From: Lytechinus pictus
Taxonomy: Eukaryota
Direction: 5' to 3'
DNA: 64,000 bases
Assembly (NCBI RefSeq): GCF_037042905.1
Contig: NC_087252.1
Location: forward strand, 8,682,001-8,746,000
Below the pieces are notes generated by a model. It saw only the letters and a program-made list of their open reading frames with translations, ran no database searches and had not been told where the DNA came from. This document shows, piece by piece, positions 13,501 to 25,092 of the stretch. Each line of letters begins with the position of its first letter. Position 1 is the stretch's first letter. Position numbers and translations under genes: made by a program.

Positions 13501-16500
13501 TTAACTTATCCAGCAGAATTAAGCTATTCATGCTTTTTCAATTTCTTTATTTCATATCAAATAATCAAAATTGGAAGAAGTTCCAAAATGACAGTTGTGA
13601 CTAGTGGTAGATTGCAATTTTGTCTCACATGTGTATTCATTCATTCTTGGTGGATCAATTCATTTTTATGCAGGAGCCAAAAGTGTAGGTGCAGTCTTTA
13701 CAAATTGTTTTTCTCAAAATGTTTCCACAAGAGCATTGCACCATTTCAGCTAAGAGGGAATCTTGCTTTTACTTACTTTTGTCATTGTTTTGTTCTCAAA
13801 GCTTCTGAACGGTAAAATAGCGGAAGAAGATGGTAGTTCAGAAGCCGAGGAAGACCAGATGCAGTTTGAAGGAACAACAGCCAAAGAACAAGTGGTAAAT
13901 ATGCGGATCCCTGACTTTCATTTGTTTAATCAGGTGCCTTAGACCACTCCACAGCGTGTCAATCAATAGTAGGGATTTGTAATTGCTTTTGGGATTTTAA
14001 TGGAAATCCAGTGATGCAAATAAATGAGGAATTTGCATATGATGAACTAATTGTGATTCTGAATCGAGTAAGTTGAACAAAAAAGTATATGCAAAAATTG
14101 ATTAACATTGCAAAGAAAAAAGAATGAGATTCTCCTGTTGTCTGAAAAGTATAATATGCTTCAGAATGTGGTTCATTAACCTTTCTATAAACAACACAAT
14201 CTGTGGTAAAATGATTGAAATGCAAATAAACCGGTTGAGGTGCCCAATGTGTCTCCTTAAACTTTTGTATGGATGCCATTTTGTTTTTGCTAAATCATCC
14301 CTATTTCACTACCTGTTATAACAAAAAAAGTTTATTAGAATATCATTTTCTTTTCATTATTTTTTGTCTTCAAGATGATACCGTGTCGTTCTTTTTGGAA
14401 AAATTGTTGTTGAGTGTTCTCTTTTTTAATTTGTTGATTTGAGGTTGTGCTGCAAGCAAGATTAAACCAGCAGCAGTACGAGTGCAATCAACTACGTAAT
14501 GAATTATCCAAAGTCAAGCAAGATTGTCGCAATCTGCAAGGTACCAAGGCGGGCCTACAGTCAAGGTTAACGGAACAAGACAATGCCATTCTTCAAATGA
14601 AGGCTGATCTGTTGAAGATGGGGTTCGCCCAACAGAACCTTGAGGCCGAAAACGTAAGTTGATAACAAAACAATCTGCGCTTAAAGTTATCTAATGTAGT
14701 TTCAGCACTAGGCCAGCACCAGTCAATGCCAGTTTCCGCCAATACAAAGGAGCTGTTGTGGCACCTTTTATGGCCAACAAGGTACCTGGTGGCGTGCAGT
14801 GCAGTGCCTTCCAACTGGTGCAAGGTGGTGCGTAACAGCGCCACAAATCGAATTTTAAAAAGTTCACAAATTCAAAAAATTTCAAATGTTTGAAATTTTC
14901 GCTGTGCAGGTCCAGTGGACTCCTTGCATTTGTTTCATTGCTCTATTATAGGATTTTGTTTGATTTTCATTCTTCTTATTTGATTCAATAGGCGGAGTTG
15001 AAGAGAACTTTAGAAGAGAAAGACAGACAAGTGAACGATAACAGTCGACAGCTTGGCCAGAAAGATAAGCTTCTTGGCCAACAGCAAGAACAGATTGAAA
15101 GTTTGACGCAACAAATGCTTCATCTCAACTCATTCAAGGTGATACCCTGTCCATAATAGTTGTAAAAATATTAATGATGATGATAATAATGATATTTAAT
15201 AGATAAGGATAATTTTTTTTTTGCATTTCCCTCGTCGAGGGGGATTTTTTTAAGGAATTGCTGATGGCTATGACAATGATGCTGCTGTTCTTCTATAAAT
15301 GTTCAAAGCACTCAAGGATTAAAAAAAAATGAGTGAAACTGAACAGCAATTTTCAAATTAAATTATACAGAATCTACTGTGGCACATAGATCATTATTTT
15401 TTTATTCTCATAATTCTAGACTCAGTTGCAGAACAGACTTGAAGAATCAGGGGGCTCTAATATGGAACTTGAGTCACAAATACATGAGCTTAGCCAGAGA
15501 CTGAGTACAGTTGGAATAGCTGAGGTAGGTCATATAAAGAACTACATTAATGATAATGGTATTTGTAAAGTGAAAATTCTGTTTGAAAAGAGATCTGAAG
15601 GCAGTTCCAAAGAAGCAAAAGGAAATGAAGAAGAATCAGAAAGTTCAAACATGGAATTCGACTCACAAATCCATGAGCTTACCATACTTGCCAACATTGA
15701 AATACTTTCAATAATTAATTATAAGTAATAGTATATGTCTATTTATTTATTTTGTTGCCAAATGAGAGGCACATGATATATTACTCTGATTCCTCAAGCT
15801 TCATACCAGCTACTCTTTCCAGCACATAGTGCATTCAAAGAGATATTTTTGCTGGGTTCCTATTTATTCATATAGGTTCAATGCAGTGCATAGTGGATAC
15901 ATTTATTGTTGAAGGAAATGAATGCCTTTGCTTAGATTCAACTCCAATTGAAAGATTAAGCTCAGAAGCCTTGGAACCACCAGAGACAATGGCGCTAATT
16001 GAATGTAAAGTATCAATTCAAATGCCAAATTCTTTTAATAATATGTGTTATAATTTTGTATTTGGAACCCTTTTTTATCTCTCTCTTTGTCTGAAGGCGA
16101 ACCTAGCAGCACACATATCAGCACACGACAGAAAATTAGGCAAACTAGAAGGTCACCTTCACACTCCGGACAGACCACCCTCACTTGGAGAGGTAATTTC
16201 TTTTTCTTTTCTGTTTTTTTAATGTTTGTTACGTAAAATGTATTTGTAATTAAAATCTCTGTGTGTTTTTTTTTTTACTGTATTGGGTCTTTTAATTTTG
16301 TTTTTCCCATATTTAAGATCATATTTTGTATTGCTTCATTATTATTGTTATTATAGCTATTAATCTTTCTGTCTTTCTTATATTTTTATTTTATTTTTTT
16401 GTTATTCATTTATTCTTATTTAGTCTATTTTTTAGGGAGGGGGTGTTTAGCCCACATCATTACTAGTTATCATCTTTTTCTCTTCCCAGTTTGTTGCTCT

Positions 16501-19500
16501 ATCTCTCCTCCCCTCCCTGGTCCACTTATACCCTATCAAAGTTGGGACATCTTTTTACTCACCCCCTGGAGGTTTGGTCATTCCCTTACAAGCAGCAATT
16601 TTCTTCCTTCCTCAACAATTGTTCACATTAGCGATACGATTGTGATAAATCACTCCAAAACCAACAAGAAGTCGCCTGATGGCCTCAATAGTAATTTGGT
16701 TTTTGAAAAGCAAAATTTTTTTTTTTTTAATTTTGTTTCCCTCTCACTGGCACCATTTGAAGTTGAATGAAAAAAAAAGAAGATACAAGACGTCATTTGA
16801 CATCATCTTTTGCAGACTACTTGAAAATATCACCGAGATTGCACGGTGTGCACATCTCATGCTTGTGTGATCAAACCTTGTTTTCTCCTTATTTTTGGAA
16901 GCTGTCGCAGAATTTCTTCTGCATTTAATCTGGCACTTGTAAGGGTTATTGTAAGTCAATTGTGACAAGTTTTGTGTCATTTTAAAGATTAGGATGTCGT
17001 TTTTGAAGCTCAAATATCCAATGTTCAAATCTCAAAATCCGTTTTAGTTGATTTATTATTGGTTTTTGGGGTGTCTGGTCACATTTAGCTTTGCATTCAC
17101 CTCTTTGTTTGTCTGTACCTTGCAGGGTTCTGAGGATGTCCAAACCATTCGCAGTACTCTAAGAAGTCTTCGTAGTAATATCAGTAGCCACGACCCTAGC
17201 CATCACCTATTAGATTCTTTAGAACAGGTAGGTCTCGTCCGGATGGGCAGTACTGTTCGCCCCCAAAAAAATAATATCTTGTTTTCGAGGCTGCTTTTTA
17301 CAACTTATTGCCTGAATCTGCAACATAGGATAAGCTTTAACTTTGCAATGATTGTAGATTTTGCAGGGCTTTTGAGTTTCCAGGGCTCTTTTGAGCATTT
17401 TTTGGGGGGGTGAAATTGCCCCGAGCCCCCTTATAAGCTTTTCCCCAGATGATTACCTGGGCCCCGTCTTACAAAGAGTTACGATTGATCCAATCAATTG
17501 TAACTCTATGGAAGTCCATCAGTGTCATAATTATTTCTAAAGGAAATTTGCAAAATGTCCTTTGTAAAAAAAGGACAAAATTGTCAAGAAATCAATGATT
17601 TTATGGATATGCATTCATATCTAGAATTTTTTTTGGAACAAACATGCATTTTATATGTTGACTTTGCTGGCTTTCCATAGTTGCGATTGATCGGATCAAT
17701 CATAACTCTTTGTAAGACGGGGCCCTGGTTAATGTTTCATAACACAAATGTTAGCAATTGGGTGTACGCGTGGTTTTCACGATTGATTGTACATTATAGT
17801 CAATGGAATCAATCGTAGAAAAAGGTGTCTACGATCATTGCTAAACTTTGTGTTATGGGCCCCTGGTCATGTTTCATAAAACTTGTTACAATAACACGCT
17901 TGCAGTAACAGTTCAAAGCTACTGAAATCATTCATTTTGATTGGCCGATAGTAAACTTGTTGTTTGTTAATTATTACAATTCTTTATGAATTCGGAGTCT
18001 GGCTTTATTTCTCATTAAAACAACAATTCTGAAGGTCCCCAATTTATTGCTTAACCAGAATAAAAAACTGTTGAAAATGCCAAAATGGTTACCCTTCATC
18101 AAAATGTTGTTTTTATTCATTTTGACTCCTGCTTTAAAAATCATTTGATTTTCTTAACTCTGCGGGAATGCATTGCCTACATTACTAAATTCTCTATGCA
18201 GTTATGCACTATCTTGTACTGGGTAGTCACTGCACAAATTTTATGGAAATTATAAGATCTGGGGGCTGTTTCATAAAACTTGTTTTAGTAACAAAGATGC
18301 AATAGCAGTTTAACCCTAAAAGAGCCGGGTTATTTGGACCCATCTCACAGCCGAGGGATCTCGGCCGTCGATCGCACGAGCGCCGCGAAAATTCGCACAG
18401 TGGTAGTGTGCGATAAAATCTACAAGGCTGTATTTTTTTTAATGAAATAATTATGCTAATTTATGCATGAAATAAAACATTTGCTGTAATTAACTTATTA
18501 TGGCCCCAAAATTGCTAATTTTCTATTCACAGACTCTGTAGGATTCTGATCAACTTTACATTTTAAAAAATTTGGTATCGCAAAATTTTTCTTATGTATT
18601 TTATTGTTTTTTTTATTTCTTATGTATTTCTGTTTTATGACTTTTTTTATTTTATTGTTTTTTTGATGGAAACTGTTGCAGACTTAATTCTGATCATAAA
18701 TAAGACAAAATTAATTAATTCTAATCAGTAAAAGTAGAAATAATGATACATTTATGAATTGTGGCTAAATATACAATTTGCATTGGATTTGTACATGAAT
18801 TCACGTCTTTGAGCAATTTTGGGTCAGACATGCACTTACATAATGTTGTGTAATTTCGTAACCGCGTACCCGGGCATCGCAAATTTGGTCTCAAAAGTTG
18901 CGCGAGACTCGAAAGTAAAAAGTCAGCGAGCGGCGCGGTCAAAAAACTTTGCGCGGGGGATAAATCACGAAAATGCCGGGGGGGGGGCGGATCACCCCCC
19001 CCCCCCCCGGGCCTTTTAGGGTTAAAGCTACTGAAATCCTTCAATTTGATTGGTTAAGAATAGAAATTTCACATTTGTTATTATAGCAAGTCTTTATGAA
19101 ACCAAACCCTGCACAAAACCAGCAATTATGTTATCTTTTTTCATCACTGCAGGGTATTGTATCTATCATGGATCAGCTTCAAGACTCACATTATAACAAC
19201 TCTCGGCCAATCAGTGAGTCTAGCTCGACGGAGAGCGCCATCAGGAGGTACAACCACACCAGGTCATCTCCGTCTGAGGACACTCTAAGTGACCGTAAAG
19301 AATCACTTACAAGTGAGTCCTACTAGCAAAAGTATAAATAGTGGAAATGCTATTAAGGTCAACATAAAACTTTATAGCCTCACTTGATTTGATATTTAGA
19401 GGGTATTCTGGTAGCCATGGTTTTGTATAACCTGGCATAACTTACAGGGTTCCCAGTCCATCAGGGAAAATTAGTTTACTTTTTTCCAGTCAGGGAAATA

Positions 19501-22500
19501 TCAGGGAATTTGATAAAAAATACCTCAAATCATGGAAAAATGCCTCAAATAGGGGAAAAATCAGGGAATTTTGATCGGCCCAAAAGTCGAAAGCATGGTA
19601 GCCAGTCAGACTCTGTTATATTTTGTTGCCTATCCAATGAATGACTGGTTGTGGTGGTACCAATTATTTTTTTTCTTCTGTTTTTATACTGAAAATACAT
19701 GTAATTCACTGCAACAACTTCATAAACATGTGAAAGTTGGGAATGGACTTAAATGATTATCATGGAATTTTTAAACTTCAGCAGGGTAATATCAGAGAAA
19801 AATCAGGGAATTTTGTTTTCTTGAAAAGCTGGGAACCCTGACTGGAGTGCCAGTGATCATGTCATTCTACAATTAGATATTTTTCTTATCCTGTTGCAAA
19901 AAAAAGTTGTAAAAAAATTGATTGAGTCATGAAATGGGAAGAATAAGAAAATAAAACATATTATGAAGTTTTAGTTAATTAATTGGCAATTTATAATTAC
20001 CACGAATAAGAAAGACATATTATGCAGCCCACCATTCCATAGAAGTGTGGTCTGAAATTCTATTTTAGACTATGGTTAAACCTAGGTTTATTTATCAGAA
20101 TACGACACATAGAGGTTTAGTCTAAGTGTAATCTATTGGGACAAAAATATGTGTTTGACTTGGAGAAATTTGGTTTAAAAGAGGTACTGTATAATGTGTA
20201 TATTACCACATTTTCTGCATAATCTGGTCCAGATTTTTTTTATTTTTTTTTTACTGAAGCCATCCAAGAGTTTACATTTTATATGGGTTCCTTTTAATTC
20301 AAATAATGGGTTACCTTTTTTTTATTCCACATTATTGACATACTCCACACGTGGAAACATGCCTGTAGATTTTTAGCTTGTCTATTAGCTGTGTTTTGGG
20401 CTTTCTCTCATTTGTTGTTGTTGAGTTATCAATGATTGATACTCCAGCTCTGCTTATGCAAATACAAATGTGATAACAATGTACCACACTCTACACACTG
20501 TTTGGCCCTTATTCTCAAAAGAGGTTTCCTTTGTGCTATGGCCAAAAACTATGAACTAGGGAGATTTCTTGTATTATCACCCTTCAATTACACTGTAGGC
20601 TCCCTTCGCCCAAAGCGTCATGAATTGAGCATATGCATAGTTCATGGTTTTGTACCGTGGTACGATTGAACCCTTTTTTGAGAATACAGGCCTATACGTT
20701 TAGTATTAGGGGAGCATTTCATGTAAGGACTTGTCAGATATTTTATCCACTAAGTCCAATTTTATACGACAGTTACCATAGAAACAGTTCTCTGCCAAAC
20801 AAGATCGGGAAAAGTTGTCAGATATGACAACTTGTCGGACAAAAATGTTGATGAAACATTCCCAAGGAATCTGAGGGCAAAGGCATGATGAATGAGTAAT
20901 TGAACAAAATTGAATGGAGTATTGAATCAAGAAATATGCATTGCAAAATTATTTTGATGTAAGAGATGGTAAATTGCCAATTCGTCTACTGCCAACTCGT
21001 CCATTCACCACATTGTCTACTTTCATTTAATCTAATGCCATTCCGTCCATCAACATTTCATCTAACAACCATTTGGTCCAATCTTCACTTCGTCTAATCA
21101 CCATTTCGTCTATGACCATTTCGTCTCATAACCAGTTGGTCTAATATCCATTTCATAAATGAAAGTAGACCATGTGGTGAGTGGACGAATTGATGACAGA
21201 CCAAATGATAGTACATGTAGACGAGTTGGCGATTGAACGAAATGGCATTAGACAAATTGGAAATAAACCTATGAGATGGCCATCTTAATAAATTTTTATG
21301 AAAATTGTTCCTAATTATATAATTGATCTCTTATTTTTCTCTAGGCCTAGACAGACTGAGTCCTGCAAATAACAACTTGTCCCAGCCATGTACTAAGGTT
21401 TTATATTTCACTGAAAGAACTGTCACACCATTCATGTCGTCGATACCAAAGAGGTAAGTAAACTTGGTAAAATTTGGCATTGTTATTATCTCGCACCCTC
21501 TCTCATAGCTTTTTTTTATTTCTTCAAAAATGGCTCTTTTAGCACTTATCTTACAAATACAGTGATTGCCTTAAACCACAGACAAGGATTGTATTCTGAA
21601 TTTTTAAGTCTATTCAATGATTTGAAGTAGGTTTTCTCTCAAAAAGAAAAAAAACAACAGATATTTCATTTTGATTGAGAACCCAATCAAAAGAAGCTTT
21701 ACATGTGAACTTGCTAAATTTATCCTGTGATGTAATTTTCATTTCATATCCTCCACTACATATATATAATTGAGTGATGAACTGGAATAGTGACATATGT
21801 ATTTAGGAGGATTCACAAAGCTAAAGTCATGCCTTGAACAAGTCACAAACTATATGGGGATTATTAAAAGTTTCAATCTCATTATTGCCCATAGCAGATC
21901 AGGATTGCATATCAGTTTATTCTTTCCTTGTGTTATAGATTAGGAGAAGTGACCCTTGGTGATTTCAAGCAGATCTTTGACCGAGATGGGGCATACAGGT
22001 TTCACTTCAAGGCGTTAGATCCGGAGTTTGGAACGGTCAAAGAAGAGGTATACCTCTGGGCCCTGTCTTACAAAGAGTTATGATTGATCTAATCAATCTC
22101 AACTGTATGGAGAACCATCCACATCATAATTTGTTTGCAGGAAATTTGCACAACTTCCGTAGTAAACACAGAGAGTCATGCTGAATCTTCAAGAGAATGA
22201 TGAATGTATGAATATAAGTCAAATCTAGAAAATATTTTGAACAAATTTGTATTTTAGATTTTGATGATGCTGGCCGTCCAAAGTTGTGGTTGATCGGATC
22301 AATCGCAACTCTTTGTATGATGAGGGCCCTGGTCCCTTCTTACAAATAGTTACGATTGATCTGATCAATCTCAAGTACGGAAAGCCAGCAACTCCGACAT
22401 CTTTTTAAAATGCATGTTCAAAATGTTTTTGTAGATATGGTGTAAACTCATACATTCATCGTTGTCTTGACAATCCATTGTGCTTCTCGTTGTTACAAAG

Positions 22501-23417
22501 GACATTGTGCATGTTTCCTAGTACAGGAAAATTATGACAATGATGGATTTCCATATAGTTAAGGTTAGATCGGTCACAACTCTTTGTAAGACGGGAACCT
22601 GGTATTCTATGATGATGGCGATAGTGCTGATGATTACTGTGATTGATGATATTGATGATTATTTGTTAATTACAATGATGTTGATGGTGGTGATGATAAT
22701 TATGATGATGATTATGATGAAGGTGATGGTATTAAAACTTATGTTAAGGAGGATTGTGGTATTGATTTTACCAGTGATGGTGATGTGATAAAGATGATTA
22801 ATGATAATTGATGATGCTTTAATGTGATGATGACAGTGGCAAATAAAGTGATGGTTGTTATGCTAATGAGGATTGATGCTGATGTAAACAGCAAAAGTTA
22901 TGTTGTTGATGGCAATGGTGGTTATGGTCATTATTGATGATAATGATGAGGAAAAAGAAGATCATTTAAATATCACTGTTTATTTTGGAATAATTCTGAG
23001 GTGGCCAGTTCTAAGGTAGAAACAGTTCTGATGATAATGATGACCGATGGTGGTGGTGATTGATGATGATGTTAACAGCAATAATAATGTCGCTGTTCAA
23101 ATCAACAGTGATTATGATCGGTATTGATCATGAAGATGAGATAGGGATGAGGAAAAAGAAAATCATTTATTTAGTACTGTTTATGTTTGGAAAAATTCCA
23201 AGGGAGAAACAAAAGGCAAGTCCCAATTAGGCTTTTTCAAGACTTCAAGTAATGATTGCCGTACTCACTAATATTAAGAAAATCTGGGTGTATCTCATAT
23301 GTGTTAATAAACATCCATGTCTCTCGTATATCTCTCCCCCAGGTGATCAATGATGATGACATACTCCCTGGCTGGGAAGGCAAGATTGTAGGCTGGGTAG
23401 ATGAAGACACAGGCTGA
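1394..23417 (+). CDS. DIXDC1: Dixin / DIX domain-containing protein 1 orthologue (CH domain - coiled coil - DIX), 5'-partial, 15 exons
   Basis: join(1394-1523,3100-3225,3737-4028,7875-8077,13347-13495,13802-13894,14444-14653,14992-15138,15420-15524,16097-16192,17126-17227,19153-19312,21345-21453,21939-22047,23343-23417). All introns are GT-AG and phase-compatible; total 2106 nt = 701 aa + TGA. Recognisable CH segment [16 protein letters not shown]...[23 protein letters not shown] and DIX segment [32 protein letters not shown]...[36 protein letters not shown]. No start exon found in the window. Confidence 0.93.
1889..2555. mobile_element. TTAA-targeting non-autonomous DNA transposon (Kolobok-like)
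   Basis: TTAA|AGGTCAAGTCCA...TGGACTTGTCCT|TTAA with long TIRs; relatives at 54068-54477, 56773-57362 and about 25323-25842. Confidence 0.78.
3100..3225 (+). CDS. DIXDC1: DIXDC1 exon, CH domain part 2
   Basis: atgcag|CTGGA...AAAG|gtacg; [41 protein letters not shown]. Confidence 0.92.
3737..4028 (+). CDS. DIXDC1: DIXDC1 exon, end of CH domain plus linker
   Basis: tcacag|ATATT...CAAGG|gtatga; [23 protein letters not shown]... Confidence 0.88.
6026..6193 (+). CDS. DIXDC1: Candidate alternative His/Pro/Ser-rich DIXDC1 cassette exon
   Basis: gatag|GTCC...CCAAG|gtacta; 168 nt, phase 2-2, open in the DIXDC1 frame; C-rich island in an AT-rich intron; weak polypyrimidine tract. Confidence 0.5.
6810..6979. 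mobile_element. Palindromic MITE (PIF/Harbinger-like)
   Basis: About 65-bp inverted arms; CAG on both flanks. Confidence 0.72.
7509..7819. mobile_element. MITE with GGCCCGTATTCTGAAGTC TIRs
   Basis: About 60-bp TIRs; related element at 48472-49421. Confidence 0.72.
7875..8077 (+). CDS. DIXDC1: DIXDC1 exon, Ser/Pro-rich linker
   Basis: ctcctacag|AGGT...CAAG|gtatga; phase 2-1, matching its neighbours. Confidence 0.8.
8404..13016. mobile_element. 4.6-kb non-autonomous DNA transposon with about 1-kb TIRs (possibly Academ-like)
   Basis: 8404-9462 is the near-perfect reverse complement of 11975-13016; termini TAGTC...GACTA; TAG duplicated at 8401-8403 and 13017-13019; no transposase ORF. Confidence 0.82.
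9473..10052. mobile_element. TTAA-flanked MITE nested in the 4.6-kb element
   Basis: TTAA|AGGGAAATGCAGCC...GGTTGGATTCCCCT|TTAA. Confidence 0.65.
13347..13495 (+). CDS. DIXDC1: DIXDC1 exon
   Basis: caacag|GAAGT...GAGCTG|gtatg; ...[23 protein letters not shown]. Confidence 0.85.
13802..13894 (+). CDS. DIXDC1: DIXDC1 exon
   Basis: tcaaag|CTTCTG...CAAGTG|gtaaat; [31 protein letters not shown]. Confidence 0.85.
14444..14653 (+). CDS. DIXDC1: DIXDC1 exon, coiled coil
   Basis: tttgag|GTTGTG...GAAAAC|gtaagt; [33 protein letters not shown]... Confidence 0.88.
14992..15138 (+). CDS. DIXDC1: DIXDC1 exon, coiled coil
   Basis: caatag|GCGGAG...TTCAAG|gtgata; [14 protein letters not shown]... Confidence 0.87.
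15420..15524 (+). CDS. DIXDC1: DIXDC1 exon, coiled coil
   Basis: ttctag|ACTCAG...GCTGAG|gtaggt. Confidence 0.83.
16097..16192 (+). CDS. DIXDC1: DIXDC1 exon
   Basis: ctgaag|GCGAAC...GGAGAG|gtaatt. Confidence 0.82.
17126..17227 (+). CDS. DIXDC1: DIXDC1 exon
   Basis: ttgcag|GGTTCT...GAACAG|gtaggt; [34 protein letters not shown]. Confidence 0.88.
17460..17998. mobile_element. Chain of three Harbinger-like MITEs separated by CTG
   Basis: Units 17460-17724, 17728-17862 and 17866-17998, each with TIRs; CTG at all four junctions. Confidence 0.7.
18314..19021. mobile_element. piggyBac-like non-autonomous element
   Basis: TTAA|CCCTAAAAG...CTTTTAGGG|TTAA; nested inside a small MITE; relative at 29817-30563. 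Confidence 0.78.
19153..19312 (+). CDS. DIXDC1: DIXDC1 exon
   Basis: ctgcag|GGTATT...ACAA|gtgagt. Confidence 0.85.
19445..19840. mobile_element. MITE with CAGGGTTCCCAG TIRs (hAT-like)
   Basis: Perfect 12-bp TIRs and repeated subterminal TCAGGGAA motifs. Confidence 0.65.
20968..21269. mobile_element. MITE, same family as 269-669
   Basis: GGTAAATTGCCAATTCGTCTA...TAGACAAATTGGAAATAAACC; flanks TAAGAGAT/TATGAGAT. Confidence 0.7.
21345..21453 (+). CDS. DIXDC1: DIXDC1 exon, DIX domain part 1
   Basis: ctctag|GCCTA...AAGAG|gtaagt; [21 protein letters not shown]. Confidence 0.92.
21939..22047 (+). CDS. DIXDC1: DIXDC1 exon, DIX domain part 2
   Basis: ttatag|ATTAG...GAAGAG|gtatac; [36 protein letters not shown]. 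Confidence 0.93.
22059..22598. mobile_element. Two adjacent Harbinger-like MITEs
   Basis: 22059-22328 and 22332-22598, same family as 17460-17724; CTG at the junctions. Confidence 0.68.
22605..23150. repeat. Degenerate (ATG/GTG)n low-complexity tract
   Basis: Visible imperfect TGA triplet runs. Confidence 0.7.
23343..23417 (+). CDS. DIXDC1: DIXDC1 terminal coding exon
   Basis: ccccag|GTGATC...[30 protein letters not shown]. Confidence 0.93.
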   Translation: MINDDDILPGWEGKIVGWVDEDTG

Positions 23418-24685
23418 TGCAGAGGGCGTGGCTCCACTACGCAGAATAGCTAGTTCATGTTAAATAACCTCCCATTTCAAACCATGATTGTATAAGGATT
23501 ATTTAAACTCCAATGCCACCTTACAGCTCACGAGTGGTATGTGACCCGATGTGGAAATGAAATGCAACCTTTGATGTGAACTTAGATTCATGGAACACAC
23601 TACTGTCTGAATCAACTTAATATGTGCATAAACCTTGAAATTTGTAACTAATAAAACCTGTATTTGTAATCCTCTCTACAGGTATAACAGAGCTGAAAAG
23701 TAGTAAAGATTTTCCGTATCTAGTAATGAAAAATGAGAAGAATCGGATGGTTTCATGCAAAATACTGATTTCTAAAGTTTTGGTTTTATGTGTTGTCCTA
23801 TGGTTTTTCTTTGACAATAATGATTTCCTCACCAAAATACAGATTTTCAGCTTTAAAGATAGTGAAAAGTTCTTTTTCAGGTTGGCAGCTCTCTATAACT
23901 ATTATCACAATCGTAGTTGGGGGAGGCAAGATGATCTCCAATAGGCTGCTGTACAAATATACAACAATGGGGGGTGGCTTGTATCCCACTATTCCCCCCC
24001 CCCCCTCCCCCCCAAAAAAAAAATTGCTGCCATGACTGATCATCTTCAAATGCAATGTTGCTTATGTGACTTTTTTTGCATTTAGTAACTGAAATGTCTT
24101 ATACCATATTGGGATAGTTCATCATTGTAAACTTTGCACATCTTATATCGCATCTGGATGTCTATGCACTGCAATGCACACACTGGCTGTCTACCAAACT
24201 GGAATTTCATTTGTCTTCTGGGATGGTATAACCCAAGCCCCTGGTCAACTAGATTTCTCCATAGATAAAAATGTGTTTGATTTCATTGGAAATGGTGGTG
24301 ACGATTCTGGTGATGTTCTTCCATGTGATAAGGTTTAGGATGAAAAGGAACTAGTTATGACTGAGCCATTATTTCTTCAAGAAACTTCTCTAATTTCCCT
24401 GGTCATTTATTTTATTTTTAATTTTTTGTTCCATTATCATTCATGCATACTAGCAAGATGTTTTCTTCCTGGGATTCTGGGGGAAATTTCATGAAACGAT
24501 AAGTAGTGATTTTCACTAATTATTGTTATAAGCTTCTGCAAATCCATGCCCCCAATTGGCTCAGAGTAGATTCATCAGTGAAAGACAAATGATCAAATTT
24601 TTAAAGAAATGCTCAAATGATATTCTTATCTTCTTCCATCTGATTTTTGTAATGCTACAGTCACATCGACGAAACCGGCTGAAAC

Positions 24686-25092
24686 TTTATTACCATGGCA
24701 TTCCATAGATCGGTTTATTACCAATGGCATACCATAGATCGTTTTTTTGCCAATGCCATACCATAGATCGGTTTATTACCAATGGCATACCAGAGATCGG
24801 TTTATTACCAACGGCATACCATAGATCCATTTATTACCAATGGCATTCCATAGATTGGTTTATTACCAATGGCATACCATAGATTGGTTTATTACCAATG
24901 GCATACCATAGATCGGTTTATTACCAATGGCATTCCATAGATCGGTTTATTACCAATGGCATACCATAGATCGGTTTATTACCAATGGCATTCCATAGAT
25001 TGGTTTATTACCAATGGCATACCATAGATTGGTTTATTACCAATGGCATACCATAGATCGGATTATTACCAATGGCATTCCATAGATCGGTT
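24686..25092. repeat. 29-bp minisatellite, about 14 copies
   Basis: Unit TTTATTACCAATGGCATACCATAGATCGG, head-to-tail, no spacers. Confidence 0.92.

Noticed and set aside
22534..22788. Met-rich hydrophobic ORF
   Set aside because: Arises from (ATG)n low-complexity intronic sequence and a MITE end.
24686..25092. CRISPR-like regular 29-bp repeats
   Set aside because: Units are contiguous with no unique spacers, there are no cas genes, and the context is eukaryotic; it is a minisatellite.
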